A stretch of DNA of 32,715 nt. Origin: a plasmid. A program made the position numbers and the translations under genes. How positions within the stretch are numbered: the first letter of the stretch is position 1; every line of letters begins with the position of its first letter. Below, piece after piece: positions 17,645-23,985 of the stretch. Location of the stretch: the NCBI RefSeq assembly GCF_053078305.1, contig NZ_CP166878.1. One strand, given 5' to 3'. The notes below the pieces were generated by a model. That model had not been told where the DNA came from. It did no database searches and saw nothing but the letters and a program-made list of their open reading frames with translations.

Positions 17645-17727
17645 TGCAACAACCCCCTGATATCTCTCTTAGAGCTTTTGCGGGGCCAAAGAAGATAATC
17701 AGGGGGTCCAAAGCAGGCTTTTGCCTG
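17645..17727 (-). ncRNA. Predicted CopA/Inc-type antisense RNA controlling repA
   Basis: A minus-strand promoter reads TTGTAT (17761-17756), a 16-nt spacer, then TATAAT (17739-17734). The transcript would form a small hairpin (caggc/gcctg, 17713-17726). It would then form a long bulged hairpin closed by CCCCCTGAT/ATCAGGGGG (17653-17706), followed by the tail UUGUUGCAUU. It lies 55-130 nt upstream of repA, as in IncFII replicons. Confidence 0.55.
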
Positions 17728-17780
17728 TAAAGGATTATAGCAAATGCATTTTTCAATACAAGACTACTGCCCGGCAATAA

Positions 17781-18506
17781 GTGCGGGCGGTGGTGGCTGA
17801 AAAGAACAATTCCTTAATCCCCCGCATATCGCCGTCAGGGGTGGCCAAACAAAGTCCATGCTATAACGTTGTGTCGCGTAAGCGACGCCGTTTCCTCAAT
17901 CGCTGGATTAAATCGCTGGCGACGGTCGCTGGGCGTGTCAAAATCAAAAACGAACTCCGCCGCCGTATCCGGCATAACCGATATTGGGTTAATGAGGCTA
18001 ACAAGTTTGGCATAGAGGCACTTTGCGAACTGATGTTAGCTATCCTGGATGATCTCGATTTACGCTCCTGGGAAACCAGGCATAACCTCGAAACACTGGC
18101 AGAACGTGCCGGACTGGTGACACGCAGTGACGCGGGGCGTAAATCTATTTCCCGTGCCAGTAGGGGATGTGATCGCCTGGTCTGGTTGAATGCGATCATT
18201 ACAGATAAAGCGCCGTTTAACCCCTATGATGCACGGTGTGCCTGTAAACACATTGAAGTAACCGAAGACTTCTTTGCCATACTCGGCATTCCGTTAAAAC
18301 TGGTTTATCGGGAACGTGCCAGGCTGTTAAAGGCAGATCCTAATGAAATGATTTACTCCGGGGATGCCAGACTGATAGCTATCAGAGTCCAGAACTGGAC
18401 ACGGAAAGCGGCAGCCGGATTAGCCCGGATGAAAGCGAAACGCGACGCAGCTCGACAACGCAAAAAAGAATATTACGCTCACCCACCTACCCCTATTCCG
18501 GTCTGA
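17781..18506 (+). CDS. repA: IncFII-family replication initiator RepA
   Basis: ETLAERAGLVTRSDAGRKSISRASRGCDRLVWLNAIIT parallels R100/R1 RepA (TTLAIECGLATESGAGKLSITRATRALTFLSELGLIT, recalled from memory). The C-terminus is basic. The start codon (GTG at 17781) is uncertain. Confidence 0.8.
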   Translation: MRAVVAEKNNSLIPRISPSGVAKQSPCYNVVSRKRRRFLNRWIKSLATVAGRVKIKNELRRRIRHNRYWVNEANKFGIEALCELMLAILDDLDLRSWETRHNLETLAERAGLVTRSDAGRKSISRASRGCDRLVWLNAIITDKAPFNPYDARCACKHIEVTEDFFAILGIPLKLVYRERARLLKADPNEMIYSGDARLIAIRVQNWTRKAAAGLARMKAKRDAARQRKKEYYAHPPTPIPV

Positions 18507-18578
18507 TACAGGCTAACTTACCGCCTTATGGGGCGGTGTATCGCCACGTCCATAATAAAAAGCTGTACAAAAAATAGT

Positions 18579-18613
18579 CTTGGCGTGGGTTATTTTCCGT
18601 TTTCCATGCTCAG
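18579..18613 (-). repeat. Tn21-like inverted-repeat core, inverted partner of 17294-17327
   Basis: The reverse complement reads CTGAGCATGGAAAACGGAAAATAACCCACGCCAAG. The 26-nt core matches the left copy with one mismatch, and the similarity continues a further 10 nt inward. The outer GGGG is missing. Confidence 0.6.
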
Positions 18614-18659
18614 AAAAGAGCAGTTATAAGCTGTATCATTGGGTAAACAATGCACAGGT

Positions 18660-18668
18660 TGTGGATAA
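18660..18668 (-). promoter_or_regulatory. Consensus DnaA box (TTATCCACA), probable start of the IncFII-type origin
   Basis: TGTGGATAA on the plus strand is a 9/9 match to the consensus. It lies 154 bp after the repA stop codon, which is the spacing expected for an R1-type oriR. Confidence 0.55.
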
Positions 18669-18705
18669 TCATACTTAAAGTGCAAACGATATGCCGCAAT
18701 TACTC

Positions 18706-18750
18706 TTTTGCTTCTCTTTTAGTTACTTACGTACTAAAAGAGAAGCAAAA
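18706..18750. repeat. Perfect 18-bp inverted repeat (45-nt hairpin/cruciform)
   Basis: TTTTGCTTCTCTTTTAGT (18706-18723) pairs with ACTAAAAGAGAAGCAAAA (18733-18750). Two further pairs are possible inside the 9-nt spacer. Confidence 0.85.
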
Positions 18751-18899
18751 AAGAAAAACATTACTGTTATCCCCTTTAACAAGTGAATAACCTAAAAACA
18801 TCGGCGCAAGCGCCTCAAAAGTAGCACCCCTCGCAAGCTCGGGGCATTAGAAACAACAGCATCCCATCATCACAATCGAACTATTATTCATCTATCTTC

Positions 18900-19093
18900 G
18901 CTGTAACATCGACGGTCTACGACCACCTACCACCTGAATAGCTGTAGGTTCCGTGCGGTCAGGCTTAGCAGGAGGCTGACGCGGTTCCTGGCGACATGAA
19001 ACTCCCTAGTTAGGGGTATCGGCGCGACCTGGCATCTGTGACTCTATAAAGCCATTTTTCGCGCCTTCCATGCCGCTAAAGCGGCATATTCCA
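18900..19093 (+). repeat. 194-bp dispersed non-coding repeat, copy C
   Basis: It differs from copy A at 3 positions (cttagcaggagg and ccctagtt). One of these creates an in-frame stop in the minus-strand ORF that copies A and B appear to carry. Confidence 0.9.
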
Positions 19094-19187
19094 TAAGAAT
19101 TTACATGAGCGTATACTTTATAATCAGTATCAATGAAAGTTGCTTGTCCAAATCAGGGGCAACAATCGCATCAAATAACTTGCGCAG

Positions 19188-19505
19188 GTGAAAATTATGG
19201 AGACTTTCGATACAGATAAATTTCGCTCAGAACTGGATCTTTTATCAAAAAAGATCATGCCTGGTTGTGGTCTTGTTTTTGAGCTGTATCAACGTCGTTT
19301 GAGCGCTGCGATTGATGAATTTGTCGCCAGATTGCCGAAAGAACAACATGCTCAGGCGTTTGAACTGGCTCGCCAGGAGTTTGATTATCTTTCTGCAGAA
19401 GAGATTGCAGATGAAATACGCCGAGACGCAGAAAAAGGCTATTGTTGCCACGGCATTGATCGCGATTGCTGCCCTCTTGGTTGCGGTGATTTAGATGATT
19501 ATTAA
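19188..19505 (+). CDS. Hypothetical acidic protein with a Cys-rich C-terminus
   Basis: The 105-aa ORF has many D/E residues and ends in GYCCHGIDRDCCPLGCGDLDDY. It lies 95 bp downstream of repeat copy C. The ATG at 19197 is the more likely start. Confidence 0.5.
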   Translation: MKIMETFDTDKFRSELDLLSKKIMPGCGLVFELYQRRLSAAIDEFVARLPKEQHAQAFELARQEFDYLSAEEIADEIRRDAEKGYCCHGIDRDCCPLGCGDLDDY

Positions 19506-19570
19506 TTTAAAGGGATAAATATATTTACATACTGAAAATATAGGCTGTTTTTTTCTGGTGAAGAGGAAAA

Positions 19571-20221
19571 ATGATGGTTAATTCAAAAAAATTTGTGATA
19601 ATTGCGTTAAGTTCATTATTGTTGGCAGGGTGTGACTCATCGAAGGATGCCAATAAAGCAAACTTTGAAAAAGCGATTAATACGAAACTTGAGAAGGAAT
19701 GCATTACAATCAGTCCTCTTGGGAGGTTTGATAGTAAGCCTTATCCAGTTCAATTATCTGTCGCCCAAACTAATCGATATACATCTCAGGAACAGGCAGA
19801 CGAAATAAATACCAAAGAGTTTTCCATGTTTGATGCACTGGTTAAAGCTGGTTTATTGACAGTAAAAGATACCCTAGTTGATGAAACTATCGGATTTTCT
19901 AAAACAGGTAAAAAAGTGCCTGGGCGTGAATATGCTCTGACAGAGAATGGGAAAAAATATCTGAAATCTCCAGAGCGCCCTGATTTCTGTATTGGTCATT
20001 ATAAGGTTGATGAGATCATTGATTTTACTGAACCTGGTGATGCGATGGGAATGAAAATAACAAGGGTCAATTACACATTCAGTCCTACGAATATTGCTGA
20101 ATGGGCAAAGAGCGATGATATTCAGGCAGCATTTCCACTTCTTAAGTTTAATTTGAAAGAGAAACAGAAAAACCGTCTATCTCTGGTTTTGAAAAATGAT
20201 GGATGGTCCGCTGAACGATAG
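19571..20221 (+). CDS. Lipoprotein of unknown function
   Basis: The ORF has a signal peptide with the lipobox LLLAGC and a GAGG ribosome-binding site upstream. I recognise no family. Confidence 0.65.
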   Translation: MMVNSKKFVIIALSSLLLAGCDSSKDANKANFEKAINTKLEKECITISPLGRFDSKPYPVQLSVAQTNRYTSQEQADEINTKEFSMFDALVKAGLLTVKDTLVDETIGFSKTGKKVPGREYALTENGKKYLKSPERPDFCIGHYKVDEIIDFTEPGDAMGMKITRVNYTFSPTNIAEWAKSDDIQAAFPLLKFNLKEKQKNRLSLVLKNDGWSAER

Positions 20222-20339
20222 GTAGATAAATGACGTTGCTACGTGGTCTCCCTCTTTTGCTGATTTCACGTAGCACTCTCACTCTGCCGCTACTTCTCGT
20301 TATTCTGAACAGATGATTGAAAAATAAGGAGAATCAAAT

Positions 20340-20374
20340 AATCTCTTGATTTTATAATCCTATGATTATAAGAT
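20340..20374 (+). promoter_or_regulatory. Recurrent promoter/operator cassette, copy 1
   Basis: The box AATCTCTTGATT contains the -35 hexamer TTGATT. A 17-nt spacer and TAAGAT follow. The cassette is homologous to 23918-23952 and to the parA upstream boxes. Confidence 0.5.
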
Positions 20375-20388
20375 TGTTGTGTATGAGT

Positions 20389-20410
20389 GTTTGGATAGAG
20401 AATTATTGTA
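20389..20410 (+). repeat. Junction motif GTTTGGATA(TA)GAGAATTATTGTA, copy 1
   Basis: GTTTGGATAGAGAATTATTGTA lacks the TA dinucleotide present in the other two copies. It lies in the leader of the 20432 gene. Confidence 0.7.
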
Positions 20411-20431
20411 ATCAAGTGGGAGATATTATTT

Positions 20432-20920
20432 ATGAATAATTTACGTGATAAAAAATCAAATCCTGTTATTACATTAATTGTTGTTGTTATTTCTTTATTC
20501 CTCCTTCCTGCAATCGTCGCGGGACTAGGAACTATGGGAGTGATTTACATTGATGGTCTGCGAGAATTACCGTCTTTTTGTATAAAGGCAATAAGTGTAG
20601 CAATCTGGATGCTTGTAGTTGCATACCTGATGTGTCGTATCATGAAAGCTAAGAAAGATTTTATTCGCTTACCTGCAAAACTGACGCTTATTGGAGCAGT
20701 TCTCTTGCCTCTGATAAGCAGTTTTAATAATGTAGTGACTACTATGTCATCTCCAGATGTTTCCACCAGAACAGACTTTCATGCAGCACTTATAAAAGGT
20801 CTGGACACAATGGAAAGTGAATTTATGTTTATAGTACCTGCTTTATTATGTGCAATAGCTTCCATTATGCTGGCTGTTGGAATGATAAATATTTTACGTA
20901 ATCGTTATATGGGGCGCTAA
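20432..20920 (+). CDS. Integral membrane protein (about 4 transmembrane helices), unknown function
   Basis: The 162-aa ORF has four long hydrophobic segments and lies downstream of the recurrent promoter cassette. Confidence 0.6.
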   Translation: MNNLRDKKSNPVITLIVVVISLFLLPAIVAGLGTMGVIYIDGLRELPSFCIKAISVAIWMLVVAYLMCRIMKAKKDFIRLPAKLTLIGAVLLPLISSFNNVVTTMSSPDVSTRTDFHAALIKGLDTMESEFMFIVPALLCAIASIMLAVGMINILRNRYMGR

Positions 20921-20965
20921 TCTGATGTGCGGTGATTGTGAGGTTGATTATAGAAGGGATTTAAT

Positions 20966-21124
20966 GTGGAACTGATAACAGATAATTTTTTTGAGTGGGT
21001 GGTGGCTCTCGCTATTTTGAATTTTATCGTCACGTTGAAATCTAAAGAGAAAATAACTTTGTTGTTAACGACGATAATTAGCCTACTTATTGCTTCAATT
21101 ATATTGAGGGCAGTTTGGATATAG
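20966..21124 (+). CDS. Possible 52-aa two-helix membrane peptide
   Basis: It is absent from the ORF track because it is under 60 aa. The GTG start is preceded by an AAGGGA ribosome-binding site, and there are two hydrophobic stretches. Its last codons (GCA GTT TGG ATA TAG) lie inside junction-motif copy 2. Confidence 0.3.
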   Translation: MELITDNFFEWVVALAILNFIVTLKSKEKITLLLTTIISLLIASIILRAVWI

Positions 21125-21134
21125 AGAATTTTAC
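21113..21134 (+). repeat. Junction motif, copy 2
   Basis: GTTTGGATATAGAGAATTTTAC. The similarity to copy 3 also extends about 10 bp to the left (tattgagggca versus tattggggtca). Confidence 0.7.
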
Positions 21135-21211
21135 AAAATGAACTGTGCTATTTATCAATATCATTGATAAACACACTCTAATAATCACTCTTTACAGGAA
21201 ATGTACTCACT

Positions 21212-21529
21212 ATGATTATTAATCGAGAAAAATTTGAAATTATCAGAAAAATCATTCATGACACTCTGCTGGGTAATATTGCGCTCGTCGTTATTGCATT
21301 AATGTCTCCGGTTCTGTTAGATAAAATAGCGGAGCCTTTTAATATTATTATAGCTTCCGCCATGTCGATTTCCTTTATATTTATTCTTTGCTGGCTGGCT
21401 TCTTCAATCTGGTTGTACGCAGGAGAACTTGCGAAAAATAAAAGTTTAAGATGTACTCTTTTTATACTATGGGCACTGAGTGCTGAGGGTTCAATTATTT
21501 TAACTGCGAGAGATATTATTTTATGGTAA
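21212..21529 (+). CDS. Small integral membrane protein (3 transmembrane helices), unknown function
   Basis: The 105-aa ORF has three hydrophobic segments. I recognise no family. Confidence 0.55.
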   Translation: MIINREKFEIIRKIIHDTLLGNIALVVIALMSPVLLDKIAEPFNIIIASAMSISFIFILCWLASSIWLYAGELAKNKSLRCTLFILWALSAEGSIILTARDIILW

Positions 21530-21622
21530 TGATCGTGGCGCGATTGCCAGCGAGCTAGGGGTTCCGTGGGAATTTCTGCGATAGGGGTTTGAAGCCCAAC
21601 CGTACGAAAACGTACGCTAAGT

Positions 21623-21862
21623 TCATTTCTTGAACAACCTGGCTGACTCTATGTATTTGTACAGCGTTGGCCTCGATATCCCCATCAACACACAAATCTG
21701 CGCAACGGTATGTTTTTTCTCGTTATAGAGTTGAACAGCAAGGGCCTGTTTATCCTTACTCAGTGTTTTCGGCCTGCCGCCCTTACGTCCTCTGGCTCGT
21801 GCTGCTTGAAGCCCGGCCTGAGTTCTCTGGGGGGTCGCGCCCATTTCCTCTAAAAGTCTCAC
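21623..21862 (-). pseudogene. tnpR: Serine recombinase (resolvase) fragment, C-terminal HTH part only
   Basis: AGLQAARARGRKGGRPKTLSKDK...ICVLMGISRPTLYKYI is the linker and HTH domain of a resolvase. The roughly 100-aa catalytic N-terminal domain is missing. The stop codon lies 1 bp from the 38-bp inverted repeat. Confidence 0.75.
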
Positions 21863-21885
21863 CTTGCTTAGGTAATTAATTGAAT

Positions 21886-22085
21886 TTATTTATAAAACAT
21901 TGCAATTTTAGCATCATTTTTTATTGTTCTTTTTAACCTGAAGTACGTCGATCGAGAGATACCTGTTTTTTCTGTCACACTGCCCAGAGATTCTCCCTGT
22001 GATATAAGCTCCAACGCTGTAGGCGTTCGTGGATGCTTCTTCCTGCCAAATTTTACGCCTGCGGCAAGTGCCGCTATTGGGGTCA
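21886..22085 (-). pseudogene. Second serine recombinase C-terminal fragment
   Basis: I translated the minus strand by hand: ..PIAALAAGVKFGRKKHPRTPTALELISQGESLGSVTEKTGISRSTYFRLKRT.. followed by a stop. There is no start codon, and the frame is cut exactly at junction-motif copy 3. Confidence 0.6.
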
Positions 22086-22109
22086 GTTTGGATATAGAGA
22101 ATTATTGTA
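22086..22109 (+). repeat. Junction motif, copy 3
   Basis: GTTTGGATATAGAGAATTATTGTA marks the point where the second recombinase fragment is truncated. Confidence 0.7.
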
Positions 22110-22404
22110 CGGCAAGCCTGTTTTTTGAACAGACTTACCTATCGCGATAGGGTGTACTCCCGTGCTATACGGCGTTTTCAGGGGCTTTGGCCTTAATCGG
22201 ATAACCTAAATGCGACATAGCAAGAGCGATAACTTAAAGGCGATAGCCGCTGATGTTAAATCAATACGTTAGAATCTTAAATTGATTAAATAATGCGCTT
22301 AACGTACAAAAATTTCCGTTTCCCAAACCGCCCCCATATTGTACGTTTCCCTAACCGACCCCTTACTGGTCGCGGAAAAATCCAGGTTTCCGGCCTGGAA
22401 CCCC

Positions 22405-22536
22405 TATACAATCACTTGATTCGATAATTATAAAATTAAGTGATTTTATGATTGCATGATTCTATGAGCATGGGATTATTAGAATGTTTGGCAGAGGTAC
22501 TATGTGAACAAAGGGGAGGGGAAAATGCCTAAAGTT
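22405..22536 (+). repeat. Orphan duplicate of the parA promoter/operator and first parA codons
   Basis: This 132 bp aligns without gaps to 24844-24975, with about 10 substitutions. It includes the inverted-repeat operator, the ribosome-binding site and ATG CCT AAA GTT, after which the sequence diverges. Confidence 0.85.
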
Positions 22537-22614
22537 GGAGCAGCGGGAGCGTTCGAACAGAGACTTACGGTTTCGTTCTTTGTGCAGCAGTTGAAACCGT
22601 AATTATTTGTTTTA

Positions 22615-22865
22615 GGGGTTTGAGGCTCAGTGGAACAATAACCGCCGTTAAGCGGTCATTTTAAATAGCCAAAAATCAACCAGCCAATTTACATCGTGAA
22701 TCTGCGTTCTTGGCTATCTGTTTTGGGGGGCCAAGTTGGCTTTACTCATCCTGGCCGTTTGCGGAACAAAAGACGTTGTTGATCTCAACAGATTGATTAA
22801 CCTGTTATTGACCATTCAATTGAACCGCTTAACCGCCTTTTGAGTTCCACTACTCCCCAAACCCC
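22615..22865. mobile_element. Miniature Tn3-derived element (TIME-like), 251 bp, with target-site duplication
   Basis: The 38-bp ends are GGGGTTTGAGGCTCAGTGGAACAATAACCGCCGTTAAG (22615-22652) and, read as reverse complement, GGGGTTTGGGGAGTAGTGGAACTCAAAAGGCGGTTAAG (22828-22865). The first 22 nt resemble the Tn3 inverted repeat as I recall it. An identical 5-bp flank, TTTTA, lies at 22610-22614 and 22866-22870. There is no ORF. Confidence 0.8.
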
Positions 22866-22882
22866 TTTTATGCCAAGTAGAA

Positions 22883-23091
22883 GGGGTTTGAGGGCCAACC
22901 GTACGAAAACGTACGGTAAGAGGAAAATTATCGTCTTAAAAATCGATTAGTAGACAATGCCGTCCGTTAAGTGCCAATTTTCGATTAAAAAGACACCGTT
23001 TTGATGGCGTTTTTCTATGTCCATTATGTTTTGATATATCAGACAGTTACTTCACTAACGTACGTTTTCGTTCCATTGGACTTCAGCCCCC
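22883..23091. mobile_element. Miniature Tn3-derived element carrying res-like sites, 209 bp, with target-site duplication
   Basis: The ends are GGGGTTTGAGGGCCAACCGTACGAAAACGTACGGTAAG (22883-22920) and, read as reverse complement, GGGGGCTGAAGTCCAATGGAACGAAAACGTACGTTAGTG (23053-23091). The 5-bp flank TAGAA lies at 22878-22882 and 23092-23096. The interior has TGTC..GACA-type res-like subsites, for example TGTCCATTATGTTTTGATATATCAGACA at 23018-23045. Confidence 0.8.
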
Positions 23092-23111
23092 TAGAATACG
23101 TCAGATGTGTT

Positions 23112-23333
23112 CTACCTAGATTGTAGAGACTGAATTAGTGCTTCTACTGCCCAATCAGGACAGGTTCTGGAGCTTGGTTTATCCGGGTCATTAATCCAGG
23201 AACGGATAGTTCTTACAGAGCATGGTCGGTGAGTGTATTCACAAATTAGGTTCGCGGCTTGCGCCTGGGTTAACCCGTTATCAGTCAGTAACGTTATAAA
23301 TGCGGCACGGTTATCTGACACTATAAACCCCAT
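23112..23333 (-). CDS. Small HTH-type DNA-binding protein
   Basis: The 73-aa ORF has an HTH-like segment, NGLTQAQAANLICEYTHRPCSVRTIRSWIN. It overlaps the 3' end of the upstream membrane-protein gene by 23 nt. Confidence 0.55.
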   Translation of the reverse strand: MGFIVSDNRAAFITLLTDNGLTQAQAANLICEYTHRPCSVRTIRSWINDPDKPSSRTCPDWAVEALIQSLQSR

Positions 23334-23805
23334 CTTTTTTGAACGTAATGCTAACCTGCCCTTCTGTCGGAACCTCCATTACTTCCCGGATCTTTTTATT
23401 TATGGCAATTTCGGTAGCGCTCACAAAGATCGGAATCCCTTTTGCCGCTATGCTGATAGCTACGGCAATAACCGTCAAAGCAATACAGTAGTATGTTATT
23501 ACTCTAATAATTTCAGCTATATTCTCAGAGGGGGAGTTTCTTAGAAATGTTATTAAATGTATTAATTCTGCTTGATGATAAATAGAATAAAACATAATAG
23601 AGGCAATAAATATTGCGAAACCATGAACAAAATAATGCCAGAGTTTAAGGGGTATTCTCCAAGCAAATCCAATGTAACTGAAAACTGAAGCCACATGAGT
23701 TCTCCAGTCTTTTTTTACTGATTTAACTATTTCTTCATATTGTGATATTGGCATTGAGCCGACTTCAATATTATTGACTTTAACTATCGCTATGCCCTCT
23801 TGCAT
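23311..23805 (-). CDS. Integral membrane protein, unknown function
   Basis: I prefer the ATG at 23805, which has an AAGGAGAA ribosome-binding site 7 nt upstream, over the ORF-track start at 23898. The protein has a soluble N-terminal part and then at least three hydrophobic helices. Confidence 0.55.
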   Translation of the reverse strand: MQEGIAIVKVNNIEVGSMPISQYEEIVKSVKKDWRTHVASVFSYIGFAWRIPLKLWHYFVHGFAIFIASIMFYSIYHQAELIHLITFLRNSPSENIAEIIRVITYYCIALTVIAVAISIAAKGIPIFVSATEIAINKKIREVMEVPTEGQVSITFKKDGVYSVR

Positions 23806-23917
23806 GACTTTGTTCTCCTTCTGCCATGATAAAAGATCTTGTTTTACATACCATGATAGGCACATGTGCCTGTTTGGTGCAACATGCTTTACAAACATAA
23901 GAATAATAAAAGGATAT

Positions 23918-23952
23918 AATCCCTTGATTTTGTAATCATATGATTATATGAT
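23918..23952 (+). promoter_or_regulatory. Recurrent promoter/operator cassette, copy 2
   Basis: The box AATCCCTTGATT contains the -35 hexamer TTGATT. A 17-nt spacer and TATGAT follow. About 60 bp aligns with 20340-20400. Confidence 0.5.
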
Positions 23953-23985
23953 TGTTTTTGAGCGTGAATTATTCAGGAGGGAGTT

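Larger units (their letters stand above)
21558..22404. mobile_element. Nested Tn3-family transposon remnants (stack of terminal inverted repeats plus resolvase debris)
   Basis: The left side has a truncated end, GGGGTTCCGTGGGAATTTCTGCGATA (21558-21583). It abuts a full 38-bp repeat, GGGGTTTGAAGCCCAACCGTACGAAAACGTACGCTAAG (21584-21621). The right side, read as reverse complement, has GGGGGCGGTTTGGGAAACGGAAATTTTTGTACGTTAAG (22298-22335). It also has a truncated GGGGTCGGTTAGGGAAACGTACAATAT (22336-22362) and GGGGTTCCAGGCCGGAAACCTGGATTTTTCCGCGACCAGTAAG (22362-22404). No transposase gene is present. Confidence 0.7.

Noticed and set aside
17559-17777. A 72-aa minus-strand ORF upstream of repA.
   Set aside because: It coincides with the predicted antisense-RNA and leader region of the IncFII-type replicon. 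It has no ribosome-binding site, and the region is better explained by RNA structure.
21667-21879. A 70-aa plus-strand ORF opposite the resolvase fragment.
   Set aside because: It is antisense to a sequence with clear resolvase HTH-domain homology. It has no ribosome-binding site and its composition is implausible.
22086-22115. The junction motif as a XerC/D (dif/cer-like) site.
   Set aside because: Only copy 3 has a CCGTACAA-like arm. The putative XerD arm (TATATCCAAAC) matches TTATGTTAAAT poorly, and the other two copies diverge exactly where the XerC arm would be.
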